From IMG/VR virus record IMGVR_UViG_3300038549_000020, positions 1-62,819 of that record: DNA of 62,819 nt; one strand, given 5' to 3'. Both the position numbers and the translations under genes were made by a program. The notes below the pieces were generated by a model. The model did not search any database and was not told where the DNA came from. It saw nothing but the letters and a program-made list of their open reading frames with translations. This document shows positions 62,733 through 62,819 of this stretch, piece by piece. Each line of letters starts with the position of its first letter. Positions within the stretch are counted from its first letter, which is position 1. Source of the stretch: a virus. Taxonomy: Duplodnaviria; Caudoviricetes.

Positions 62733-62819
62733 CCTGTCCCTTGCTTTCTTGGCGTCGCGGCGTGCCGCGTGGGGCGATCAGTGTCTATGTGGTTGTGGCG
62801 TTGCGGCTGGTCAGGTCCC

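Overview
The window is a near-complete, apparently circularly permuted genome of a GC-rich temperate siphovirus, probably infecting a filamentous actinomycete (host inferred from gene content). The head and packaging operon (1-12.6 kb) and the tail and lysis operon (51.9-62.7 kb) both lie on the minus strand and appear to continue across the window ends. Between them are a structured RNA/tRNA region, recombination and replication genes, a Cro/repressor/tyrosine-integrase switch and two large accessory blocks. Five things stand out. (1) An anti-defence-like island (43.6-51.8 kb) of operator-flanked cassettes contains a solitary type I-G Cas8 (Cas8g2/Cas8u2)-like protein fused to an HTH, with no other cas gene or array, and a truncated AcrVA2/FinQ-like protein. 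(2) An actinomycete-type conjugation module (TraB/FtsK, Spd-like membrane proteins, clt-like repeats) sits inside a virion-encoding phage. (3) There is an intact GGDEF diguanylate cyclase with no I-site. (4) The portal is fused to 88 Gly-X-Y collagen triplets and a MuF-like domain. (5) A ~650-nt hairpin-rich non-coding region carries three atypical tRNA or tRNA-like modules. All family assignments come from motif recognition by eye; no database searches were run.
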